Shown piece after piece: positions 16,017 to 23,637 of a stretch of DNA of 32,000 bases. The notes under the pieces are model-generated. The model had not been told where the DNA came from. It worked only from the letters and a program-made list of their open reading frames with translations, and did not search any database. The stretch comes from Candidatus Omnitrophota bacterium (GTDB taxonomy: Bacteria > Omnitrophota > Gorgyraeia > Zapsychrales > JANLHA01), in contig OY759724.1 in NCBI GenBank assembly GCA_963662715.1, forward strand, positions 3,180,001 through 3,212,000, read 5' to 3'. The translations under genes and the position numbers were made by a program. Positions within the stretch are counted from its first letter, which is position 1. Each line of letters opens with the position of its first letter.

Positions 16017-16419
16017 GTCGTCAGTACATATCCAACAAAACAAGGATTGAAACAATAGATAATATTTCTATAACATCCGGGATGTTTAAGGGTCGTCAGT
16101 ACATATCCAACAAAACAAGGATTGAAACTTATTCTTTTCAGCATGGAAAAAATATAGCACATTTTGTCGTCAGTACATATCCAACAAAACAAGGATTGAA
16201 ACGAATAAAGAGAGAAACGCAGATACAACTTACATGAGTCGTCAGTACATATCCAACAAAACAAGGATTGAAACGAGAAGGATACGACATTATCGTTGAT
16301 GCCACAAACAGTCGTCAGTACATATCCAACAAAACAAGGATTGAAACCATCATATTAAACATCAGGGGCGTTTCTTAGTTGAGTCGTCAGTACATATCCA
16401 ACAAAACAAGGATTGAAAC

Positions 16420-16898
16420 GGCGGGACCCATCCACGGGCTGATATGCCTTCTCTTAGTCGTCAGTACATATCCAACAAAACAAGGATTGAAACTTTTTCA
16501 GAAAAAAAATACCGGCAACCGTTGAGCGGAGTCGTCAGTACATATCCAACAAAACAAGGATTGAAACACTCATCATACGTCCCCACTAAGTGGAACACAT
16601 GCGGTCGTCAGTACATATCCAACAAAACAAGGATTGAAACATGTGCGCTGATCCCCAAGAACCACGCCAGGCAGCAGGTCGTCAGTACATATCCAACAAA
16701 ACAAGGATTGAAACGCGACAGAACCATTGCTAGAACCAGAACCACCGGAAGTCGTCAGTACATATCCAACAAAACAAGGATTGAAACTAGTAGCCGTCTG
16801 CTTCTTTTGCCTTATATATGCCGGTCGTCAGTACATATCCAACAAAACAAGGATTGAAACCTTCTACAGCTATCAAAGTATCACCATTTGTCCAATAA
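16420..16898 (+). repeat. Intra-array duplicated block, copy B (spacers 20-26)
   Basis: Spacers 20-23 (16420-16677) equal spacers 7-10, and spacers 25-26 (16788-16898) equal spacers 13-14. Spacer 24 (16715-16750) is unique to this copy. The ORF-track peptides from 15487 and 16444 share an identical first ~90 residues, which confirms the identity. Confidence 0.95.
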
Positions 16899-17119
16899 GT
16901 CGTCAGTACATATCCAACAAAACAAGGATTGAAACTAAAACATGTGTCAAGCCTCCTGTGTATTAATTAGACGTCGTCAGTACATATCCAACAAAACAAG
17001 GATTGAAACAAGGCTTATGAAGATCTTAAACGGTCCGGGAAGCTGTGTCGTCAGTACATATCCAACAAAACAAGGATTGAAACCGAAACGAAGAACGACC
17101 AGAAAAAAGATTTTCAAGG

Positions 17120-17156
17120 GTAGTCAGCACATATCCAACAAAACAAGGATTGAAAT
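17120..17156 (+). repeat. Degenerate terminal (trailer-end) repeat
   Basis: GTAGTCAGCACATATCCAACAAAACAAGGATTGAAAT differs from the consensus at positions 3, 9 and 37. Confidence 0.9.
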
Positions 17157-17336
17157 TTTCCAGAATTGAATGTTTGGGAGCCGTTACAGCAGGGAATAAG
17201 ACAGAGTTGATAGCACATTAACATTGAAAAATCCCGCAGATGGTTTATACTAAAATCACTTATTGGTAGTAGACCATTTGCGGGAAATCCCTGTAGGAGG
17301 AGGATATAACGCAAAGGGGAAACTTGAAAAAATTGA

Positions 17337-17364
17337 TTTACTTTTAAACGATCTCAGGTATAAT
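17337..17364 (+). promoter_or_regulatory. Putative promoter of the tRNA cluster
   Basis: TTTACT (17337-17342), a 16-nt spacer, then TATAAT (17359-17364), about 105 nt upstream of tRNA-Thr. Confidence 0.35.
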
Positions 17365-17470
17365 AAAATTTCTGAAAATAGCACGAATTTAGCACAAATC
17401 TTTCTTTTTCGGTTGGCGCTGGATTCAAGCTTCTCAAGAAGCACCTAAAAACAAACGACTTAGAAATTAT

Positions 17471-17546
<76 letters not shown>

Positions 17547-17560
17547 TCTTTAGTTTTTCA

Positions 17561-17643
17561 GGGCAGATACCCAAGTGGTCAAAGGGGACAGACTGTAAAT
17601 CTGTTGCGGAATCGCTTCGGAGGTTCGAACCCTCCTCTGCCCA
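17561..17643 (+). tRNA. tRNA-Tyr (anticodon GTA), long variable arm, CCA not encoded
   Basis: Acceptor GGGCAGA/TCTGCCC, anticodon arm ACAGA-CTGTAAA-TCTGT, long variable arm, T arm GGAGG-TTCGAAC-CCTCC, discriminator A followed by TTT. Confidence 0.85.
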
Positions 17644-17667
17644 TTTAATTTTGGATTCGACAGCCCT

Positions 17668-17741
17668 GCGAGAGTAGTTCAGTGGTAGAACACAAGCCTT
17701 CCAAGCTTGATACGAGGGTTCGATTCCCTTCTCTCGCTCCA
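17668..17741 (+). tRNA. tRNA-Gly (anticodon TCC), CCA encoded
   Basis: Acceptor GCGAGAG/CTCTCGC, D arm GTTC-AGTGGTA-GAAC, anticodon arm CAAGC-CTTCCAA-GCTTG, T arm GAGGG-TTCGATT-CCCTT. 74 nt. Confidence 0.85.
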
Positions 17742-17850
17742 ATTTTGCAGGATGTTTTTTGCAATAGCGATGGGCATATTCTAAGACTAACACAAAAAAT
17801 TAGCGGGCCAGTATTTTCTGCTAAGGCTTCACTCAAACGACTCCCGGATC

Positions 17851-18555
17851 ATGAAAGTAACGTTATTAATCCCAACCCTGAACGAAATTGACGGCATGAA
17901 AGCGATCATGCCCAAAATCAAGCCGGAATGGTATGATCAGTTATTAATCATCGACGGGCAATCAACGGACGGGACCATCGAATACGCCAAGGAAAAAGGG
18001 TATCCTGTTATCATCCAGCAAAAAAAAGGCATGCGGCATGCCTATATGGAAGCCCTGCCGCATGTTACCGGGGATGTCATCCTGACATTCAGCCCGGACG
18101 GCAACTCCATTCCGGAATTGATTCCCGAATGTATCGCCAAACTGAAATCGGGTTACGACATGGTGATTGTTTCCCGCTACGCTGAAGGGGCGAAAAGTTA
18201 TGATGACGACTGTGTCACGGCTTTCGGGAACAAATTATTCACAACCACGATCAATTTGCTGCACGGAGCCCGCTACACAGACGCCATGGTCATCTTCCGC
18301 GCCTATAGAACAAGCCTTATCCAGGAACTGGACCTCGACAAAGATTCCAGCTATGAATTTGAAGAAAAATTGTTTAAGACAAAGATCAGCTGGGAACCTT
18401 TGCTTTCAATACGGTGCGCCAAACGCAAACTCAAAGTGGCTGATATCCCCGGGGACGAACCCGCCAGGGAGGGGGGGGAGCGGAAACTGCAGGTCTTGCG
18501 CTGGGGGGCCGCTTATATGTTTGAGGTCTTTCGGGAAGTCTTTGTCTGGAAATAA
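17851..18555 (+). CDS. Family 2 glycosyltransferase (polyprenol-phosphate sugar synthase-like)
   Basis: 234 aa with a GT2 N-terminus (VTLLIPTLNE, LLIIDGQSTDGT, ILTFSPDGN). Confidence 0.8.
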   Translation: MKVTLLIPTLNEIDGMKAIMPKIKPEWYDQLLIIDGQSTDGTIEYAKEKGYPVIIQQKKGMRHAYMEALPHVTGDVILTFSPDGNSIPELIPECIAKLKSGYDMVIVSRYAEGAKSYDDDCVTAFGNKLFTTTINLLHGARYTDAMVIFRAYRTSLIQELDLDKDSSYEFEEKLFKTKISWEPLLSIRCAKRKLKVADIPGDEPAREGGERKLQVLRWGAAYMFEVFREVFVWK

Positions 18556-18628
18556 CAATACGGTACCGTTTTCTCTAAGAAAATAAAGAAATCATTTCTT
18601 TCCCAAATCATCTGGCCCTTCCAGACCT

Positions 18629-20509
18629 ATGAAATCATTGAGAATACCGCTAAAAAAAGTTCTTTTGAACGATGGGATTTTAGCGGTTTTTTTATTAGGC
18701 TTGTTTCTTGCCACGAACGGATATACATTCGGCTGGGATGACCAGCATCTCGAAATCCCCCTGTTAAAAAGCCTTATTGATCCCGCCCTTTACGCGGGAG
18801 ATTATTATGTCGAAAGCCTGAAGAAAAACTTTTCGTCCATTCTCTATCCTCTGCTGGCCAGAACCATCAGCGTTCAGCAAATCCCTTCGGTCTATCTGGG
18901 CTTTTATTTGATCAGCCGGTATTTCTTTTTTTTCTGGATCTATAAACTCTGGGCCCTCATATCAAAATCAAAACTCACCGGATTCCTTTGTGTCGTGATG
19001 TTCATTGTTTTAGGCCGCGTGGAAGAATTCCTCTACCGCACGTTTTCCCACCAGGAATTCGCTCTTGCCGTTATTATGAGCGGCCTTTATTTCTTCTACC
19101 GGGAAAGGTTCGTTTTAGCCGCGTTCATTTTCGGCATGGCCGCCAATTTTCATTCTCTATACAGCCTTTTTCCTTTTATCTACATGCTCGCTTATTTATC
19201 AACGCATCTTTCCCGTTACGGGAGCCGGACGCTCTTTAAAACTTCCGCAGCATTCCTGCTGTCCCTGTGCCCCCTGATCATCTGGATGAGAGCAAAATTA
19301 TTTATGCCCGGGGCAGACACCTCCGTGGACCTTCAGGAATGGGTGCATCTTTATCAGCTAGCCTGCCCGCAGAATTTTATTTTCCTGGATGTCGATATCA
19401 AAGACGTCACAAAGAACCTCTCACTTTTTTGGAGAGCCACAGCTCCTTACTGGCCGATCTTCTGCTTGACCATGCTTAACCAATGGCACAACCCGGTTTT
19501 TCAGCGTGACCGGAAGGTAAAAACCATACTCATAACCGCGGCTTTTTTCTTGTTCCTGTCTTTGATCTTCACCTATATTTTCCCTCAGCGCTTTATTCTG
19601 GATTTGAATCTGGTGCGTCACACGCAATTCATGCTTTTCTTCCTCTGGGGGTACACCGTCATTCTCATCATGACGCTGATAAAGGACCGTTCCGACCTGG
19701 CCGTATTGGCCTTGTCCTTGTGCCTTCCGCTCATCCGCTTCGGAACATATATCAGCCCGCTCGCTGTCATCCTGATGACGGCAATCCTGGTTGTGGGCAA
19801 AGGCTGCCGGTCACAGCATCAGGAAGAAAGGGGGCGTATCCGTCCCGTTATGGCTTACGGAACGATCCTGCTGGGCTTAGGGGTTATTTTCAGGACCGTT
19901 CTCATCGACAAGTTCAACACCCCGACGCTCATAATGATCAAAATCATCTGGATTCTTCTTTTGACGAATTATTTAATTTTACGGCATGTTAAAAAACCAG
20001 CCTGGGAAACGGTTCTCCGTGTCTTATTCCTAATCATTCCTCTCACGGCTTTTTCGCTCCACTATACTTTTTATCATTTTAAAAGACTCGAAATAGAAAA
20101 AAAGGCGGCGGGGTTTTGGCAGCTGCAGAGGAACTGGGAAGATATGCAGCACTATGTCAGGATGAACACGCCGCAGGATGCCCTCCTTTTAGTCCCTTAT
20201 GACATGACAATGGGAGGGTTCAGGATTTTTTCAGAAAGAAAAATTATCTGTTCTTACCGGGACTGCGGGATTGTCGGCTTTGATTACCAGACAGCCAGGG
20301 CATGGAAGAAAAAGGTCGAGGACATCGAACCCTTTAAAGTGATCGCAAAGGAGGATATCACCCCGGCCATTCAGAATGCTTTATTCAAATATAAAGTTAA
20401 CTATATTGTATTCATGAATTATCTTGCCCCGAAGGCCAATCCTGTTATGAAGCCCGTTTACCGGAACGGGGTGTTTTCTCTCTATAAAGTTCTGATAAAC
20501 CCCAGATAG
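18629..20509 (+). CDS. Large polytopic membrane protein, possible GT-C-type glycosyltransferase
   Basis: 626 aa with many hydrophobic helices over about 480 residues, then a soluble C-terminal domain. It lies immediately downstream of a GT2 gene. The functional call is inference from context only. Confidence 0.5.
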   Translation: MKSLRIPLKKVLLNDGILAVFLLGLFLATNGYTFGWDDQHLEIPLLKSLIDPALYAGDYYVESLKKNFSSILYPLLARTISVQQIPSVYLGFYLISRYFFFFWIYKLWALISKSKLTGFLCVVMFIVLGRVEEFLYRTFSHQEFALAVIMSGLYFFYRERFVLAAFIFGMAANFHSLYSLFPFIYMLAYLSTHLSRYGSRTLFKTSAAFLLSLCPLIIWMRAKLFMPGADTSVDLQEWVHLYQLACPQNFIFLDVDIKDVTKNLSLFWRATAPYWPIFCLTMLNQWHNPVFQRDRKVKTILITAAFFLFLSLIFTYIFPQRFILDLNLVRHTQFMLFFLWGYTVILIMTLIKDRSDLAVLALSLCLPLIRFGTYISPLAVILMTAILVVGKGCRSQHQEERGRIRPVMAYGTILLGLGVIFRTVLIDKFNTPTLIMIKIIWILLLTNYLILRHVKKPAWETVLRVLFLIIPLTAFSLHYTFYHFKRLEIEKKAAGFWQLQRNWEDMQHYVRMNTPQDALLLVPYDMTMGGFRIFSERKIICSYRDCGIVGFDYQTARAWKKKVEDIEPFKVIAKEDITPAIQNALFKYKVNYIVFMNYLAPKANPVMKPVYRNGVFSLYKVLINPR

Positions 20510-20598
20510 CCCGTCATAATTTTTGCGGCATGGATATGAAACAGGACATTTATATTAAAAGGTTTATGCTCAGGGCCGTTTTTATTTTGTGAACAAAC

Positions 20599-20626
20599 TT
20601 GATTGACTTTTCTTTACCCGTATAAT
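20599..20626 (+). promoter_or_regulatory. Putative gpsA promoter
   Basis: TTGATT (20599-20604), a 16-nt spacer, then TATAAT (20621-20626). GGAGG lies just upstream of the GTG start at 20662. Confidence 0.4.
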
Positions 20627-20661
20627 AATAGGTGTAGATAACTCATCCCGGGGAGGGAAAC

Positions 20662-21660
20662 GTGAAAAACATTAAAAATATTTCTGTTATCGGCGATGGG
20701 AGCTGGGGGACGACTCTTGCGGTTTATCTGGCGGAAAAAGGGTACCCCGTCATGCTCTGGAGCGCCTTCCAGCAGAATGTGACCGCCATCCAAAAAACGA
20801 GAACAAATAAAATCTTCCTGCCGGGGATAAAAATCCCTGACAATGTTACGGCAACGGCCGACCTCAAACAAGCGCTGGATTTTGCCCCTTTGATAATCTT
20901 AGCGGTTCCCTCGCAATACCTCAACGGTGTCTTAAAACGCTTCTCTTCCTGCCAATATTCCCAAAAAACATACCTGAGCGTCATTAAAGGGATTGACACC
21001 CAGCACCTGCTCCGCATGTCCCAGGTGATCACCCGTCATCTAGGTCATGTCAAACTCGCCGTCCTTTCCGGGCCGACGATTGCCATGGAAGTGGCGCGCG
21101 GACTGCCGACAACCGCTGTCATTGCGGCCAAAAATCCCCGGACAGCCAAGCAACTGCAGACGGTTATGAATTCCAAATGTTTCCGGATCTACACCAACAA
21201 CGACATGATCGGGCTGGAAATAGGGGGGAGCTTAAAAAATGTCATCGCTCTGGCCTGCGGGGTCTGTGACGGACTGGGATTCGGGACAAACACAAAAGCG
21301 GCCATCTTAACGCGCGGCCTCGTTGAAATGGCCCGCCTGGGAAAAGCCATGGGCGCGCAGCAGAAAACATTCTCCGGGCTGGCTGGCTTGGGAGACCTGG
21401 TCACAACCTGTGTGAGCCCGCAAAGCCGGAACAGGCATGTCGGAGAAGAATTGGGAAAAGGCCGGGCCATCCAGGAGATCCTGGATTCCATGAATATGGT
21501 CGCCGAAGGGGTCGCCACCGTTAAAGCCATTCACCGTCTGCGCCTTAAATATGGCGTAAGTATGCCCATTTCAGAGGAAGTCTACAAAATCATCTATAAA
21601 GGGAAAAATCCCAAGGAAGCCGTCACGGATCTCATGACACGTAAAATGAAGTCCGAGTAA
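20662..21660 (+). CDS. gpsA: NAD(P)H-dependent glycerol-3-phosphate dehydrogenase
   Basis: 332 aa. N-terminal Rossmann motif ISVIGDGSWGTTLA and GpsA-typical regions (GPTIAMEVA, EIGGSLKNVIALACG, GLGDLVTTC). GTG start. Confidence 0.9.
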   Translation: MKNIKNISVIGDGSWGTTLAVYLAEKGYPVMLWSAFQQNVTAIQKTRTNKIFLPGIKIPDNVTATADLKQALDFAPLIILAVPSQYLNGVLKRFSSCQYSQKTYLSVIKGIDTQHLLRMSQVITRHLGHVKLAVLSGPTIAMEVARGLPTTAVIAAKNPRTAKQLQTVMNSKCFRIYTNNDMIGLEIGGSLKNVIALACGVCDGLGFGTNTKAAILTRGLVEMARLGKAMGAQQKTFSGLAGLGDLVTTCVSPQSRNRHVGEELGKGRAIQEILDSMNMVAEGVATVKAIHRLRLKYGVSMPISEEVYKIIYKGKNPKEAVTDLMTRKMKSE

Positions 21661-21749
21661 GGGATATGCCTTCCTTAAAGTACGGCCTTTTTTGTTTTTT
21701 GTCCTTACGTTTTTAAAATTACCCCTATATTCAAAAGATAATATTTTCT

Positions 21750-21777
21750 TTGCATATAAATAGGATTATTGTATAAT
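21750..21777 (+). promoter_or_regulatory. Putative promoter upstream of tRNA-Pro (and possibly the downstream operon)
   Basis: TTGCAT (21750-21755), a 16-nt spacer, then TATAAT (21772-21777), 54 nt upstream of the tRNA. Confidence 0.4.
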
Positions 21778-21831
21778 AAACGTTCTAAATTGATTAATAT
21801 AATGATTTAGTATCATATTCTCATAAATTTC

Positions 21832-21909
21832 CGGAGCGTAGCGCAGCTGGATGAGCGCACTTGAATGGGGTTCAAGAGGTCGACGGTTCGAATCCGTCCG
21901 CTCCGACCA
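21832..21909 (+). tRNA. tRNA-Pro (anticodon GGG), CCA encoded
   Basis: Acceptor CGGAGCG/CGCTCCG, D arm GCGC-AGCTGGATGA-GCGC, anticodon arm CTTGA-ATGGGGT-TCAAG, T arm GACGG-TTCGAAT-CCGTC, discriminator A. Confidence 0.85.
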
Positions 21910-21949
21910 ATTATATAATAATGACAGTCTAAGAATGGGGAGGAAGACG

Positions 21950-22315
21950 ATGGATAAACAAAGTCACCCTGAACGGAGAAGATACCATAGAATTCAGAAA
22001 AATTTCATCCTGACATACTATGATATGGCTAACCCTGACCATCGGTTTGAAGCGACTCAGCTGAAAAATATCAGCTTGGGAGGGATGTGCCTCATCACAT
22101 CAAAAGGCTTCCCCGCACATACGGTGCTGGCCATTGAGTTAAAGACACCTTTTCTGCTGGAGTTGACTCATTTGGAAGGTCTGGTGCTGGAATCCCATGA
22201 AAAGGTCAAAGATATCATTTATGAAACACGGCTGGAATTCAAAAATTTATCGCTGGATGCCGAATATCTGCTGAACAAACTTGTTGAACATTTCGAAAAG
22301 AAAGAGCAAGAATAA
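21950..22315 (+). CDS. PilZ-domain protein (putative c-di-GMP receptor), 121 aa
   Basis: Both PilZ motifs are present: RxxxR in ERRRYHRI and (D/N)xSxxG in NISLGGM. I chose ATG 21950 (GGGGAGGAAG SD) because the longer ORF-track version (21851) starts inside tRNA-Pro. Confidence 0.75.
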   Translation: MDKQSHPERRRYHRIQKNFILTYYDMANPDHRFEATQLKNISLGGMCLITSKGFPAHTVLAIELKTPFLLELTHLEGLVLESHEKVKDIIYETRLEFKNLSLDAEYLLNKLVEHFEKKEQE

Positions 22316-23613
22316 TGAAACATTTAACGATCGGGTTGATCGGTTATGGCAATGTGGGCAGCGGGGTCATCAAATTTCTGCAGACGAAGAAAAATTATAT
22401 CAACAAAAAATATGCTGTGGATATTTCCGTGAAGAGCATCTGCGACATCCGCTTCAGCGAGGAACAGCCCAAAAACCTGCAAAAATACCATATCACCCCG
22501 AATGCTCAGGATATCATCAACGACCCTGATATTGACGCCGTTGTGGAACTCATCGGAGGAACCGGGCCGGCCAAAAATCTTGTTTTTCAGGCGCTGAAAA
22601 ACAAAAAATATGTTGTCACAGCCAACAAAAGCCTTATCGCCCAATATGGCAAAGAGCTTTTTGAGGAAGCCCACAAACAGGACAGGAATATCTACTTCGA
22701 ATCCTCGGTCATGGCCGGAGTTCCCATCATTAAAATGATCTCCGAAGGCGTCGCCGGGAATCAATTTTCCAGCATCTACGGCATCATCAACGGGACCTGC
22801 AATTATATTCTGTCGGAAATGAGCCAGACGAACTGCTCCTTTGACGAAGCGGTAAAGAATGCCCAAAAGTGCGGATTTGCCGAGGCTGACCCGACATTGG
22901 ATATCAACGGCATGGATTCGGCTCATAAACTGGCTATTCTTGTCGCCTTAACGATGGGGCGATTCATAAAATTAAAGGATATTCATACCGAAGGCATCAC
23001 CCATATTTCCCATGAAGACATTGAATACGCGGAAAATCTTGGCCTGACGATCAAACTTCTCGCCATTGCGAAAAAACAGAAGGAAAAGATCGAAGCGCGC
23101 GTTCACCCGACCTTGATTTCCAAAACGCATCCTTTAGCTTCAATCAACGGGGTCATGAACGCTTTATTCACGACGATTGATCCTTTAGGCGAAGTCATGC
23201 TGTCCGGGCAAGGCGCGGGTCAAATGGCCGCCGCCTCCGGCGTTGTCAGTGATTTAATCAATTTATGCACCAGACAAGGGATGCCGGCATCCCAGATGAT
23301 CGGGAACTTATTCCTGGAATCCAGCTCGGTCAGCATTGAAACGATCGATGAAGTTTCCACGAAATTTTATATCCGGTTTACCGCTGTCGACAAACCCGGC
23401 GTTTTATCGCAAATTGCCGGTATTTTGGCCGAACACGGGATAGGGATCAATTCCGTCACCCAGAAGGCCCACAACAAAGCCACGGCCGTCCCGGTTATCA
23501 TGATCACGGACTATGCCCCGGAAAAAATGATACGTCTGGCGTTGCAGCAAATCCATAAACTTTCTATCGTTAAAAGCAAACCCGTCGTTATCAGGATGGA
23601 AAATCTATCATAA
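22315..23613 (+). CDS. hom: Homoserine dehydrogenase
   Basis: 432 aa. N-terminal NAD-binding IGLIGYGNVGSGV, the signature AEADPTLDINGMDSAHKLAIL, and a C-terminal ACT-like domain (FYIRFTAVDKPGVLSQIAGILAEHGIGI). Confidence 0.9.
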   Translation: MKHLTIGLIGYGNVGSGVIKFLQTKKNYINKKYAVDISVKSICDIRFSEEQPKNLQKYHITPNAQDIINDPDIDAVVELIGGTGPAKNLVFQALKNKKYVVTANKSLIAQYGKELFEEAHKQDRNIYFESSVMAGVPIIKMISEGVAGNQFSSIYGIINGTCNYILSEMSQTNCSFDEAVKNAQKCGFAEADPTLDINGMDSAHKLAILVALTMGRFIKLKDIHTEGITHISHEDIEYAENLGLTIKLLAIAKKQKEKIEARVHPTLISKTHPLASINGVMNALFTTIDPLGEVMLSGQGAGQMAAASGVVSDLINLCTRQGMPASQMIGNLFLESSSVSIETIDEVSTKFYIRFTAVDKPGVLSQIAGILAEHGIGINSVTQKAHNKATAVPVIMITDYAPEKMIRLALQQIHKLSIVKSKPVVIRMENLS

Positions 23614-23637
23614 TATTTTAAAGGAGCTGTTGAACTG

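Larger units (their letters stand above)
14983..17156 (+). CRISPR. CRISPR array: 30 repeats of 37 bp, 29 spacers of 35-39 bp
   Basis: Repeat GTCGTCAGTACATATCCAACAAAACAAGGATTGAAAC. Repeat starts: 14983, 15056, 15132, 15204, 15278, 15352, 15426, 15500, 15574, 15647, 15721, 15795, 15869, 15942, 16017, 16092, 16166, 16238, 16311, 16383, 16457, 16531, 16604, 16678, 16751, 16824, 16899, 16973, 17047, 17120. Repeats 1-29 are identical and repeat 30 has 3 mismatches. The 3' ATTGAAAC matches the usual 8-nt crRNA 5' handle of Cas6-processed type I/III repeats, so transcription is on the + strand. Coordinates cross-checked against several ORF-track starts inside the array. Confidence 0.98.

Noticed and set aside
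14983-17156. Looked by eye for self-targeting spacers, meaning matches of any of the 23 distinct spacers elsewhere in the window, including fic and the gene remnant.
   Set aside because: I noticed no match. A by-eye scan is not exhaustive, and the rest of the genome is unavailable, so this needs a BLAST check.
15191-17169. Eight to ten ORF-track entries (60-137 aa) inside the CRISPR array, several with repetitive peptides such as RQYISNKTRIET and VVSTYPTKQGLK.
   Set aside because: They are translations of the 37-bp repeat in different frames on both strands. The periodic identical peptides are the signature of an array, not of genes.
21851-21949. N-terminal 33 codons of ORF-track entry 21851..22315.
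   Set aside because: This part overlaps tRNA-Pro (21832-21909). A good SD precedes the internal ATG 21950, which I take as the true PilZ start.
22324-22926. 200-aa minus-strand ORF. Similar long antisense ORFs occur at 10352-10894, 25235-25834, 21189-21530 and 28871-29227.
   Set aside because: Each lies entirely antisense to a gene with clear family motifs (hom, cas5/cas3, the ApgM-like gene, gpsA, lysC). They have no SD and low-complexity Arg/Gly/Pro-rich or Phe/Leu-rich translations typical of shadow frames.
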